From: a virus
Reading direction: 5' to 3' (one strand)
IMG/VR virus record: IMGVR_UViG_3300045988_152413
DNA length: 35,161 bases
Position numbers and translations under genes: made by a program. This document shows, in pieces, positions 7,502 to 15,369 of this stretch. Position 1 is the stretch's first letter; every line of letters begins with the position of its first letter. The notes under the pieces are model-generated. The model did no database searches and was not told the DNA's origin. It was given only the letters and a program-made list of their open reading frames with translations.

Positions 7502-7530
7502 TAAAAAAGCGCCCTGCCGAAACCAGGCGC
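7502..7530 (-). terminator. Rho-independent terminator after the endolysin gene
   Basis: On the - strand: GCGCCTG-gtttcgg-CAGGGCGC, followed by TTTTTTAT. It lies 20 nt after the endolysin stop. Confidence 0.75.
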
Positions 7531-7550
7531 AATGACAGTCAATGTTTTAG

Positions 7551-8396
7551 TTAAAGCTTAAGGAGCTTGCGCCATGTGTTGCGCCCAACGATTCCGTCAT
7601 CTTCAAGTCCGTTGTCAGCCTGAAACGCCCTTACAGCTCGCTGCGTATCGCTGCCGTTGATGCCGTCAGCTCCGCACGATCCGCAGTTGTAGCCTAGGAC
7701 AATCAAACGCTCTTGCATCAGCGCCGTGATGTTCCCGCGCGATTTGCGCCCAAGCTGAGGGCAGCCGTTCAGCGTGTTCGTGCCTGGGATTCCATCGACC
7801 ACCTGATGAGAGTAGCCTTGAGCGTTGCACTCGCGCTGCAAGCGCCGCACCCAATCGGAGAACGACCAATCGCTGTTGCTGGTCGAATCCTGCGAAGGCT
7901 CGGGAGAAGGAACGTTTGCGCTTTGCCCGTCCCATGCGGGACGGAAGAACCCCATGATGAACCAATTGGAGCCTTTAACGCCGTAGGATCGCGTTCTGCG
8001 CATGACTGCGCCGCCGTTGTCGTTGCTGCTTACCGAGGTGTTGCCCTCGATTGTGGTAACGCTTGCGGAGCCGTTGCGCGATTCCACGATTCCCACGTGG
8101 CAGGCACGGGAGCCGTTCGAGAAGAACACAATATCGCCCTTCTGCGGCTTCTCCTCGCGGTCGAGCCAACGCCCGAGCTTCTTTGCGTAGTTGACGTGCG
8201 ATGGGCAGTAGGCGAACTTTCCGACAATGCCCAAGACTCCCACCTGATCTGCGCACCAGGAGACGAACATATCGCACCAAGGGTTGTAATCCAAGCCGTA
8301 CCATTCGCCGTACTTTACGTGGTTGCTTCCAGCGGGGTTCTCTTTAACGCCGATCTGGCTTGCAGCAACCGCAACGAAGTCGTTAGCATTCGCCAT
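7551..8396 (-). CDS. Endolysin: CHAP amidase/peptidase plus C-terminal PG_binding_1
   Basis: NPWCDMFVSWCA (Cys) and GDIVFF..CHVGIV (His). C-terminus: LGYNCG..DGINGSDTQRAVRAFQADNGLEDDGIVGRNTW. ATG at 8396 with a GGAGG RBS is preferred over the Arg-rich extension to 8474. Confidence 0.9.
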   Translation of the reverse strand: MANANDFVAVAASQIGVKENPAGSNHVKYGEWYGLDYNPWCDMFVSWCADQVGVLGIVGKFAYCPSHVNYAKKLGRWLDREEKPQKGDIVFFSNGSRACHVGIVESRNGSASVTTIEGNTSVSSNDNGGAVMRRTRSYGVKGSNWFIMGFFRPAWDGQSANVPSPEPSQDSTSNSDWSFSDWVRRLQRECNAQGYSHQVVDGIPGTNTLNGCPQLGRKSRGNITALMQERLIVLGYNCGSCGADGINGSDTQRAVRAFQADNGLEDDGIVGRNTWRKLLKL

Positions 8397-8514
8397 TGTT
8401 CTCGACCTCCAAAACCTCAGCCGTTTGATCTGGAATATCCGAATCGGTTGCAATGCCGCTCGGCATCGCCGCAAGCTCCTCCTCGGTTGCGTTGTCAGTC
8501 TCGTAATCGCCCAT
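8383..8514 (-). CDS. Possible 43-aa acidic ORF between holin and endolysin
   Basis: Translation: MGDYETDNATEEELAAMPSGIATDSDIPDQTAEVLEVENNGEC. Its ATG overlaps the holin stop (TAATG) and its stop overlaps the endolysin start region. No TM segment. Confidence 0.3.
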   Translation of the reverse strand: MGDYETDNATEEELAAMPSGIATDSDIPDQTAEVLEVENNGEC

Positions 8515-8870
8515 TACTGCTCCTTACGCTCGAAATATTGTGCGAGCTTGCCGTTGTCGAGGTCGGGGTTGATTGCCTTTGCGTTCTCGAAGATAGACAT
8601 GATCTCGCTGCCGATGATGTAGATGCAGGCGGGGACGATCAATGGCATGTCGAAGCCAAGATCGACATGCTGGCTTCCCATCTCGATCAAGATAGCCATG
8701 CACACGATCAGCACATAGCCGCTCTTGTGCCACAAGCCTTCACGCATCTTCGAGCTTGAGAGTTCGCCGTTTTTAGCCGCCTTCATTACGCCCGAGACAA
8801 CATCAAGGACCACGAACGCCGCCGTGATCCAGATCGCCCATTGCTGCTCTGCCGTGAAGAGAACATCCAT
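8514..8870 (-). CDS. Holin (Phage_holin_4_1 / TIGR01593-like)
   Basis: Two to three hydrophobic helices plus the GSEIMSIFENAK motif. ATG at 8870 follows AAGGAGG. Located immediately upstream of the endolysin. Confidence 0.8.
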   Translation of the reverse strand: MDVLFTAEQQWAIWITAAFVVLDVVSGVMKAAKNGELSSSKMREGLWHKSGYVLIVCMAILIEMGSQHVDLGFDMPLIVPACIYIIGSEIMSIFENAKAINPDLDNGKLAQYFERKEQ

Positions 8871-8933
8871 TCGCTTGTTCCTCCTTTGTCTGGTGTTAAC
8901 GTTCGAGCTGATTTTCGCTGCCAGTATCAGGGC

Positions 8934-8964
8934 GCAAAAAAAGCGCACCGTTTCCGATGCGCTT
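8934..8964 (-). terminator. Rho-independent terminator after the tail module
   Basis: On the - strand: GCGCA-loop-TGCGC followed by a T7-8 run, between the 293-aa gene and the holin. Confidence 0.55.
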
Positions 8965-8977
8965 AAAGCTTGCTTGG

Positions 8978-9859
8978 CTATTGGATTTGCACAGGCTCTC
9001 CCGCCTGGTTGTACGCATAGACGGCAGGCGTTGACACCTTCCCGTCAGCACCGTAAGCGTGAATCTTCGATAGCAGACCAGCGCCGTCAGATCCGTAGGC
9101 TGTGACGCTGCTCCCGTTGCCACTGATGTCAACATACAGCGTTTCAGACGGGCAATCGAAGGTGTTCCCGTACCATTCCTGATACTGGATGACCCTCAAG
9201 CAAAGATACTTAAAACCTTTGAACTGGTATGGAACCGTAAGCGTAAACGTCATCGTCTCATCGTTCGCGCTTACAACTCTCGAGCTTCCTGGCTCAGCGG
9301 TTCCCCAGTCGAAAGTGACCCAATCGGCAACAGGCTGCTTGTCATCCTCCGCTGCGCTCATCACGGGAACCAGGTTCCACAGCCAAGCGTTGCTCTCTCC
9401 CGTGGTGTTGCCCGTGGCGGTGACGGTAACCGTATCGCCGATCTTCGCCTTGTCCTTATCGACCGATACGGTTGCAGGCGTAAGCAGCGGAATCGTGTAC
9501 GAGCAGGACGCTTCCGAGGTGTACGTTCTGCCGCTGCCGGCCGTGTAGTAGCATTTGCATCTAGCCTTGACGGTTTGACCGCGCTTGAACGTCCCGAGGT
9601 AAGACCATTGCGCTCCGTACCAGCTGCCCGTATAGCCGATCGATGCCGTTCCCGATCCGTGGTGCTCCGTCTCGTAGCTCACACGCGCCCATGAACCCTC
9701 ATCGCCATCGGTTACGTAGATGTTCTCAACCGTGTAAATCTCAACCTCGTCAGCAGAGGGGAAATCGCCATACGCGATCTCGACCCATGCTTGGAAGTTA
9801 GAGCCTGACGGCTTGCCGAGATTGCCCTTCGCGCTCGATACGGTTCTACGCCTTGCCAT
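8978..9859 (-). CDS. Hypothetical tail-distal structural protein (beta-rich, 293 aa)
   Basis: Last ORF of the tail-fibre cluster. Rich in Gly/Thr/Ser/Tyr. No motif recognised. Confidence 0.6.
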   Translation of the reverse strand: MARRRTVSSAKGNLGKPSGSNFQAWVEIAYGDFPSADEVEIYTVENIYVTDGDEGSWARVSYETEHHGSGTASIGYTGSWYGAQWSYLGTFKRGQTVKARCKCYYTAGSGRTYTSEASCSYTIPLLTPATVSVDKDKAKIGDTVTVTATGNTTGESNAWLWNLVPVMSAAEDDKQPVADWVTFDWGTAEPGSSRVVSANDETMTFTLTVPYQFKGFKYLCLRVIQYQEWYGNTFDCPSETLYVDISGNGSSVTAYGSDGAGLLSKIHAYGADGKVSTPAVYAYNQAGEPVQIQ

Positions 9860-9861
9860 GT

Positions 9862-10368
9862 CTACCTCCCAGCATAGATGATGTAGTTAACCGCGAGATA
9901 AGGCTGCATGACGTTAAAAGCCTTGCCATCGCCAGAGAATGTGATCACGTCAATATCGGTTCCTGTGTTTCCGCTCAGCGAGAGGGGCGTGTAGTCTTCC
10001 GATTCCGTCTTGTGTGTTGCGCCGCTTCGCGGATACACGTTAGGCACATTTGAAGAGTTAAGACGGGCAAAGATCGAAGCGTAATCCTTAGGAAGCTCGG
10101 AAGCTGTCAGCGCATGAGCTTCCTCGCCGCCAGTTGTTCCTAATACATGGGAAGCAGACGATCCGATGGCTGTCCTTCCCGCCATGCTCGGAAGGTTGAA
10201 GGTCGTGCTCCCATCGCCATCGCCGTATGCTGTACCTATCGCATCGAAGAGAAGGCTGTATTCCTCCCTGCTTACCTCCGAGCCATCGCACATAAGCCAA
10301 CCGCTAGGGGCAGTCGATCCGCCGTATGCCGTGATCGTGCCTATTGGCGTTGAGCTGCCGCTAATCAT
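9862..10368 (-). CDS. Tail fibre protein with phage tail collar domain
   Basis: GWLMCDGSEVSREEYSLLFDAIGTAYGDGDGSTTFNLPSMAGR...GGEEAHALTASELP matches the Collar-domain pattern. Confidence 0.85.
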   Translation of the reverse strand: MISGSSTPIGTITAYGGSTAPSGWLMCDGSEVSREEYSLLFDAIGTAYGDGDGSTTFNLPSMAGRTAIGSSASHVLGTTGGEEAHALTASELPKDYASIFARLNSSNVPNVYPRSGATHKTESEDYTPLSLSGNTGTDIDVITFSGDGKAFNVMQPYLAVNYIIYAGR

Positions 10369-11744
10369 TGCCCCCCACCGAGCTTGATGTAGATAGAGCC
10401 AGGGGTTCCCGTTGCAGGCGGTTCGCCAGTGCCTACCGTGATCCCAAGGCTCTCCAACGCTTCGGGAGCCGTTGCAGCGCCAGTGCCGCCGCGCTTAATC
10501 GGCAGGATTCCAGCCGCAACGTCTTCTGCGCTGTGCGTGTGGATAGACGGGATGAAGGTCGTTGGCTTGCCGCTGATCTCGCTGTATGCGTATGACGGCT
10601 TGCTATCAGCCTTCGCCCAGTCCGCAAGATCGGTAATGTCGGCTTTGCCGTGCTTGTGACCGATCCTTGAGAAGATTCCGCTCAGCTTTGTGAAGAAGTA
10701 GCTCAAGCCAGTGGTGTTCACCACCTCGTCACCTGCCTTGGTGGCTCCCCCTGCGATAGCGTCTATGGTGTCGGTGCTGATAGGGTCGAAGCTAGAGCCT
10801 GTGATGCCCATCTTCTCCCATTTCCCGTTCACGTAAAGCCACTCTGCGTAGCGGTCGTTCTCTCCCTGCTTCCCGAAAGGCACAAGATAGATGATCCCAG
10901 GCGAGCCAGCAAGCGATGGAACCCCGTCAGTGCCGAACTCGCCGTCTGCGCAGATGTGAAGCTTCGTCCCCTGCGCTGCGCTGATCATGTCCGCAAACTC
11001 AGCCTTGCGCTTCGCTTCCGCTTCCGCTCGCGCCGTCTCCGCTGTGCTTCTGGTGCCTTCTGCCGAGGATCGGTTGGATTCCGCTTGAACCCTTCCAGAT
11101 TCAGCCGTTGCCCTCTTCTGCTCCTCGCTTGCTCGCTTCGATTCAGCCGCGCTGCGCTTCGATTCCGCTGCTTCACGTGCGCTTTCTACCGAAGAACGCG
11201 CTTCCTCGGCTTGCGCCCTTGCTGCTTCCGCTTCTGTTCGCGCTGTTTCGGCGCTTGCCCTCCCCTGTTCAGCGGTTGCGCGGTCTGCTTCTGCCTGCTC
11301 GATGGCTTTGAGGGTTTCGGCGTACTGGGCAACGTAATCATCGAGCTTGTCCTTCAACTCTTCGAACTCGGGAACGTAGACAGCTTCTGCCTGCGCGGTC
11401 GGGACAGCATCAAGCACATCGAAGCAGACGCATTGCGTGGTGCCGATGTATCCCTCTTTCTCGAGCATCACGTACGCTACGCTGATCTTCCCTCGTGCGG
11501 AAGCAAGGGAAGCGGGAAGCGTGTACGTTGCCGTGCCGTCCTCGATCACGGAAACCTTCTCGAAAACCACGCCGTCAGGCTTCGAAGCGCAGAAGCGAAC
11601 AGCCGTGTACTGCGTAAGGTCAACCTTCTCGCCGTCCTCGTTAACAACGATCGCGAGCGTAACCGACCCGATCTCTCCCTTGCGAATCTTGATCGTGCGA
11701 ACGTCATCTGGCTTCGCCAGATCAAGAGTAAGCGCATATCTCAT
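10365..11744 (-). CDS. Tail fibre / baseplate upper protein (BppU_N-like head, heptad coiled coil, C-terminal binding domain)
   Basis: N-terminus: LDLAKPDDVRTIKIRKGEIGSVTLAIVVNEDGEKVDLTQYTAVRFCASKPDG. About 14 AExxRxx heptads at aa 150-247. Confidence 0.8.
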   Translation of the reverse strand: MRYALTLDLAKPDDVRTIKIRKGEIGSVTLAIVVNEDGEKVDLTQYTAVRFCASKPDGVVFEKVSVIEDGTATYTLPASLASARGKISVAYVMLEKEGYIGTTQCVCFDVLDAVPTAQAEAVYVPEFEELKDKLDDYVAQYAETLKAIEQAEADRATAEQGRASAETARTEAEAARAQAEEARSSVESAREAAESKRSAAESKRASEEQKRATAESGRVQAESNRSSAEGTRSTAETARAEAEAKRKAEFADMISAAQGTKLHICADGEFGTDGVPSLAGSPGIIYLVPFGKQGENDRYAEWLYVNGKWEKMGITGSSFDPISTDTIDAIAGGATKAGDEVVNTTGLSYFFTKLSGIFSRIGHKHGKADITDLADWAKADSKPSYAYSEISGKPTTFIPSIHTHSAEDVAAGILPIKRGGTGAATAPEALESLGITVGTGEPPATGTPGSIYIKLGGGQ

Positions 11745-12079
11745 GCGATGCCCTCCATTACCTCAATGTCGAATGCTTGCGTTGCAATCACGTCCGTTTC
11801 GTCATACGAGAGCCGGAGATACGCCCTGCAATCTCCCTCGATTGCCGTAAGCGTTTCATCGACCTCGTATACGACCTCGCCGTTGAGCACAGAGCATTGC
11901 AGCTCGTAGCCGTGCGGCATGACGCAAAGCGCCACATCGTAGAGCGTCAGGTCAAGCTCCTCGGCTGCCTGGTATACGTGCATAGTGAGCCGCGCGTTGC
12001 CCATCTCGCCCTTCCTCAGCGTTACCGTCCTGTTCTGCATCGGCTTGTCAACGCCAAGCCGCAAAGCGTAATCGATCAT
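11741..12079 (-). CDS. Small BppU_N-like baseplate protein (112 aa)
   Basis: MIDYALRLGVDKPMQNRTVTLRKGEMGNARLTMHVYQAAEELDLTLYDV parallels the N-terminus of the next gene. The ATG at 12079 overlaps the upstream stop (ATGA). Confidence 0.65.
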   Translation of the reverse strand: MIDYALRLGVDKPMQNRTVTLRKGEMGNARLTMHVYQAAEELDLTLYDVALCVMPHGYELQCSVLNGEVVYEVDETLTAIEGDCRAYLRLSYDETDVIATQAFDIEVMEGIA

Positions 12080-12330
12080 GATGCCTGCCTTACGCCGATG
12101 ACGTAATGGTTGCTTGCCTGCGAGACAATCAGAACCACGTTCCCCTTTGCGCAAGAGCAGTACCGAACCGCCATGAGCGGGCTTCCGTTCACCGTCACAG
12201 AAGCCGTTCCGTCATCGAACGTATCCGTAACCTTGCCAGTGGTGATCTTGCAGTAATTCCTGCGCAAGAAAGGCTTTAGCGCATCGGCTACCGCCTTTAT
12301 GAGCTGATCAGGATTTCGCCACGTTGCCAT
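12076..12330 (-). CDS. Small hypothetical tail/baseplate protein
   Basis: 84-aa ORF within the tail module. No motif recognised. Confidence 0.55.
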   Translation of the reverse strand: MATWRNPDQLIKAVADALKPFLRRNYCKITTGKVTDTFDDGTASVTVNGSPLMAVRYCSCAKGNVVLIVSQASNHYVIGVRQAS

Positions 12331-13420
12331 AAAGCTTCACCGTCCTTCTCATGGTTGTCTCGCTCTCGGTGTCGGGAGTTGCCTTCACGCTGCGCTTGTA
12401 TGCGCTGTATTTCCCGCTCAAACCGCTTCGCTGGTAGTCAACTGCAACGGTATCTCCTGCGTTGAACCGCTTGCCTGCGTGACCGATCGTAAGGCGCTCG
12501 ATTGATTGCATCCCCTCGATCAGCAGCGCCTTAGCCTTCTCCTGGCATTGCGCCTTCGTCTCAAGCCCCTCAACCTCCTCGAACCGCACGATGCGCATCC
12601 CACGCGCCGCCGTGCTGTACGGGTTGTTCGGATCGGCGTTCTCAGCCGATCCGATTACCTCTGAATCGTCCTTGAGCTTAGAGCGCACAACCACAACGTT
12701 AGGCGTGTCGTGAACGTCCCATTCTCGTTTGATCGTCTCGTCCGAAACGTCCTCTTCGGTATCGCTGAAAACCGTGGTCGCAACAGCTGTCTCTGGGTCT
12801 TGGTAAGGCTTTGCGATCACGTTCCCCCAAACGTCCACGTTGAGCGAGCCGTATCCGTAAAGCTCCATGATGTCGTTCGCCATCTCTAGAAAGGAGGTTC
12901 CGACCTCCCATGTCTTTATTGCTGCAACCTCCCAGCCGCCTGGTGTGAGCATAAGCGGCAAGCCGACCTCGTACACCATCTCGGACACAACGGGGAGGTA
13001 ATTAACCGTGTACGCCGCACCTACTGCGTAATTGCCCTCAAGCAGACGCTGCTCAAGCAGCACAAGGACGCTGTAGAGGTCGGCGGTTCCAACGTGCGAG
13101 CCTTCGCAGATTTGCTCGCTTTTGGAGTAAACGAAGAAAGTCCCGTAGCATTTTGACTCGACCTCGCCGTCAAGCTCCATGTCTGCGTAGACGCGCAGAA
13201 GATCATCCCCAAGGTCGGGCATGTCAACATACTCGATCGAGCCAGAAACCTTAAGGCTCGTAAGCTGCGCTTCCTCGATGCTGCATGACGTGATGCCGCT
13301 TACGGTTCCCACTTCCTCGTAGGCGTTGTCCTCGTAGGCTTCCGACTTCCAGCCAACAACGCGCCGAACGCGGACGAAGCGCCAGGAGGTCGTTCGACCT
13401 CCCTTGTTCATGTCGATCAT
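12308..13420 (-). CDS. Tal-like baseplate hub / prophage tail protein (N-terminal domain only)
   Basis: It takes the position after Dit. About 370 aa. The ATG at 13420 overlaps the Dit stop (ATGA). The family call rests on position and size. Confidence 0.6.
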   Translation of the reverse strand: MIDMNKGGRTTSWRFVRVRRVVGWKSEAYEDNAYEEVGTVSGITSCSIEEAQLTSLKVSGSIEYVDMPDLGDDLLRVYADMELDGEVESKCYGTFFVYSKSEQICEGSHVGTADLYSVLVLLEQRLLEGNYAVGAAYTVNYLPVVSEMVYEVGLPLMLTPGGWEVAAIKTWEVGTSFLEMANDIMELYGYGSLNVDVWGNVIAKPYQDPETAVATTVFSDTEEDVSDETIKREWDVHDTPNVVVVRSKLKDDSEVIGSAENADPNNPYSTAARGMRIVRFEEVEGLETKAQCQEKAKALLIEGMQSIERLTIGHAGKRFNAGDTVAVDYQRSGLSGKYSAYKRSVKATPDTESETTMRRTVKLYGNVAKS

Positions 13421-15369
13421 CGGGAAACCTCCTGCCAATCGATCGAGACGCTTGCCCAGTTGCGCGATCCAGTGTCCATGTCGTGCGATGTGTCGATCGT
13501 TGCGAGGATCAGATCGCCGAACGGGAAGCGCAGCCACACGTCCCCGTTGTGGTTCTCAAGCTCGATGAACGCCGCAAGGCTTGCCAGATCGCCATCGCCA
13601 AGCACATCGCGGAACGCCCAAACGTCAGCCTTAGCCGTGTTCTCCCTTGTCTTGTGGGTTCCGTAGAAAACCTTCGGGAGCTTCGAGCTTGCAACGGTTC
13701 TGATTACCTTCTCGCCCTTAACGCCATCGGGGTTGCTCAGGTTCCTGCGCATCTTCGCAACCTTGGCGTTCCCCGCGCCGTAGTTCACGCAAAGGAAGCC
13801 GTTTGAAGGAACCTTCACCGTCTGCGAAGCTTCGGCAACCGCGCCAGAAGCAGCGTAGGCAACGACACGGTACGTGATCGGCTTGTCCAAAGGCGGCAGG
13901 ACATCGACGAAGCTTTGCCCATCGTATAGCGTGTCTGCCACAAGCTCGCCATCGCGGAAAACGTTGAAATGCTCGGTTGCAACGGCGTTGAGGGTGTCGT
14001 AAACGGTGACCTCGTTCGAGTGCGTGTCAGGATCGAGCATCACGGAGAACACTGGGTCAGCTGGAGGGGTGTAATCGACCGTAAACGAAGCGGAATCAAC
14101 CGCTTGAAGGCTCGTTGTGGACACTGCCAAAACCTCGACCGTGTACGTGCGCTGATGAACTGGCGTGAAGTCCGTAGGCTTGATCTCGACCGATGTGTCA
14201 GCTCCCTCTAACCGCTCGTAGTACACAACCACGCCGTCATCGTTTACGAAAGACACGGAATAGTAAGCCTGCGTACCGCTTGCGTCCTCGTAGTCCCACG
14301 ACACGGAGACGGGAACCTCGGTTATCTTCTCCGCAACGCTTACGGTGATCTGAGGTGCCGTTCTGATGAAGAAGGTGATCGCTGCGCTCCACGCAGACCA
14401 CGCATTCTCAGCCGTCCCGCTGCCATCGTATGCGCCCTTTGTGCGAACCTGCCACGTGATGTTCTTGTTCACCGTTGCATCGGTGATGACGTTGAGCAGC
14501 AGGGACGATTCCGTGGTTAGCGTCACCGTCTGCCAATCGGTTTCCGTGTCAGCTCGCCACCGAACCTGAGCGCCCGTCTGCTCGCTGCCGTCCTGCGGGT
14601 TGTGGGCGAACTTTAGCGTTGGGTTGCCGTCAGAGATGTTGAGAGTATCGCCGTTCAAAGGGGAGATAATCGTTGGCACCGCTGGTGCTTGAAGGCTCGT
14701 GATGAACTCCGATACGTCAGACCAGCCAGAGTAGCCGTCTGCGTTCTCGTATCGAACTCTGTAGGCGAACGTTCCCGCGCCTACCGAATCGCTGTAGCTC
14801 GTGACAACGTTCGAAGCGTTTAGAACAGTTGCCCAATCGCCGCCGTACTCCATGCGCTGAACCTGCGTTTTGACGGCGTTCGCTGCGTTGTTCTCCCAAT
14901 CAACGTTGATGATCCCAGCCTTGCCGCGAGAGACGTTCGGCTTGCCAGGCTTGGATGGAGGGCGAAGGATCGCGGCACCGACCCAGACGTTTACCGAAGC
15001 GGTGCGCTGCTCGTCCTTGCCGGATGCGCCGTAGCCGTTGACTACCTCCTTCTTGATCAGGCAGGAACATGTGACGTTGCGACCGTTCCTCTGGCGATCA
15101 ACGGTAACGCGCTTGTCGATCCAGCCGAAGTTCCCCGCACCGTAGCGCGAGAACACCACATCGGTAGTGGTGCCGACTTCCCTTCCGTCAACGTAGATTC
15201 TGATTCGCCGCCCGTACTGCGTGATCCTCCACGCGTTGCAGCAGCCTTGGATTCTGATAACAGCCTTCTTGTCGGTCTGGCTCTCGACCCAGGCGTTGAC
15301 ATACGCCCTGGTCTTGCCGCCGTGCCACTCAACGATCCATGAGCTGTATGCGTCAGCCACGGTATCCAC
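13417..15369 (-). CDS. Distal tail protein (Dit) with FN3/Ig-like insertions
   Basis: It follows the TMP. Several W/Y-rich beta repeats (YRVRYENADGYSGWSD, WSAWSAAITF). The GTG start is inferred. Confidence 0.7.
   Translation of the reverse strand: MDTVADAYSSWIVEWHGGKTRAYVNAWVESQTDKKAVIRIQGCCNAWRITQYGRRIRIYVDGREVGTTTDVVFSRYGAGNFGWIDKRVTVDRQRNGRNVTCSCLIKKEVVNGYGASGKDEQRTASVNVWVGAAILRPPSKPGKPNVSRGKAGIINVDWENNAANAVKTQVQRMEYGGDWATVLNASNVVTSYSDSVGAGTFAYRVRYENADGYSGWSDVSEFITSLQAPAVPTIISPLNGDTLNISDGNPTLKFAHNPQDGSEQTGAQVRWRADTETDWQTVTLTTESSLLLNVITDATVNKNITWQVRTKGAYDGSGTAENAWSAWSAAITFFIRTAPQITVSVAEKITEVPVSVSWDYEDASGTQAYYSVSFVNDDGVVVYYERLEGADTSVEIKPTDFTPVHQRTYTVEVLAVSTTSLQAVDSASFTVDYTPPADPVFSVMLDPDTHSNEVTVYDTLNAVATEHFNVFRDGELVADTLYDGQSFVDVLPPLDKPITYRVVAYAASGAVAEASQTVKVPSNGFLCVNYGAGNAKVAKMRRNLSNPDGVKGEKVIRTVASSKLPKVFYGTHKTRENTAKADVWAFRDVLGDGDLASLAAFIELENHNGDVWLRFPFGDLILATIDTSHDMDTGSRNWASVSIDWQEVSR

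Larger units (their letters stand above)
7174..7550. other. Non-coding spacer between int and the lysis module; probable attP region
   Basis: It has the classic attP position. It contains 3x GGTTCTGA repeats and two - strand terminators. The core site cannot be defined without the host sequence. Confidence 0.45.

Noticed and set aside
8397-8474. N-terminal extension of the endolysin ORF to 8474, and likewise of the holin to 8948, the major tail protein to 19787, dut to 33587 and the Tal-like gene to 13537
   Set aside because: The extensions are Arg/Cys-rich, lack RBSs and overlap upstream genes. Internal ATGs with AGGAGG-type RBSs or ATGA coupling give products that begin at the conserved domain.
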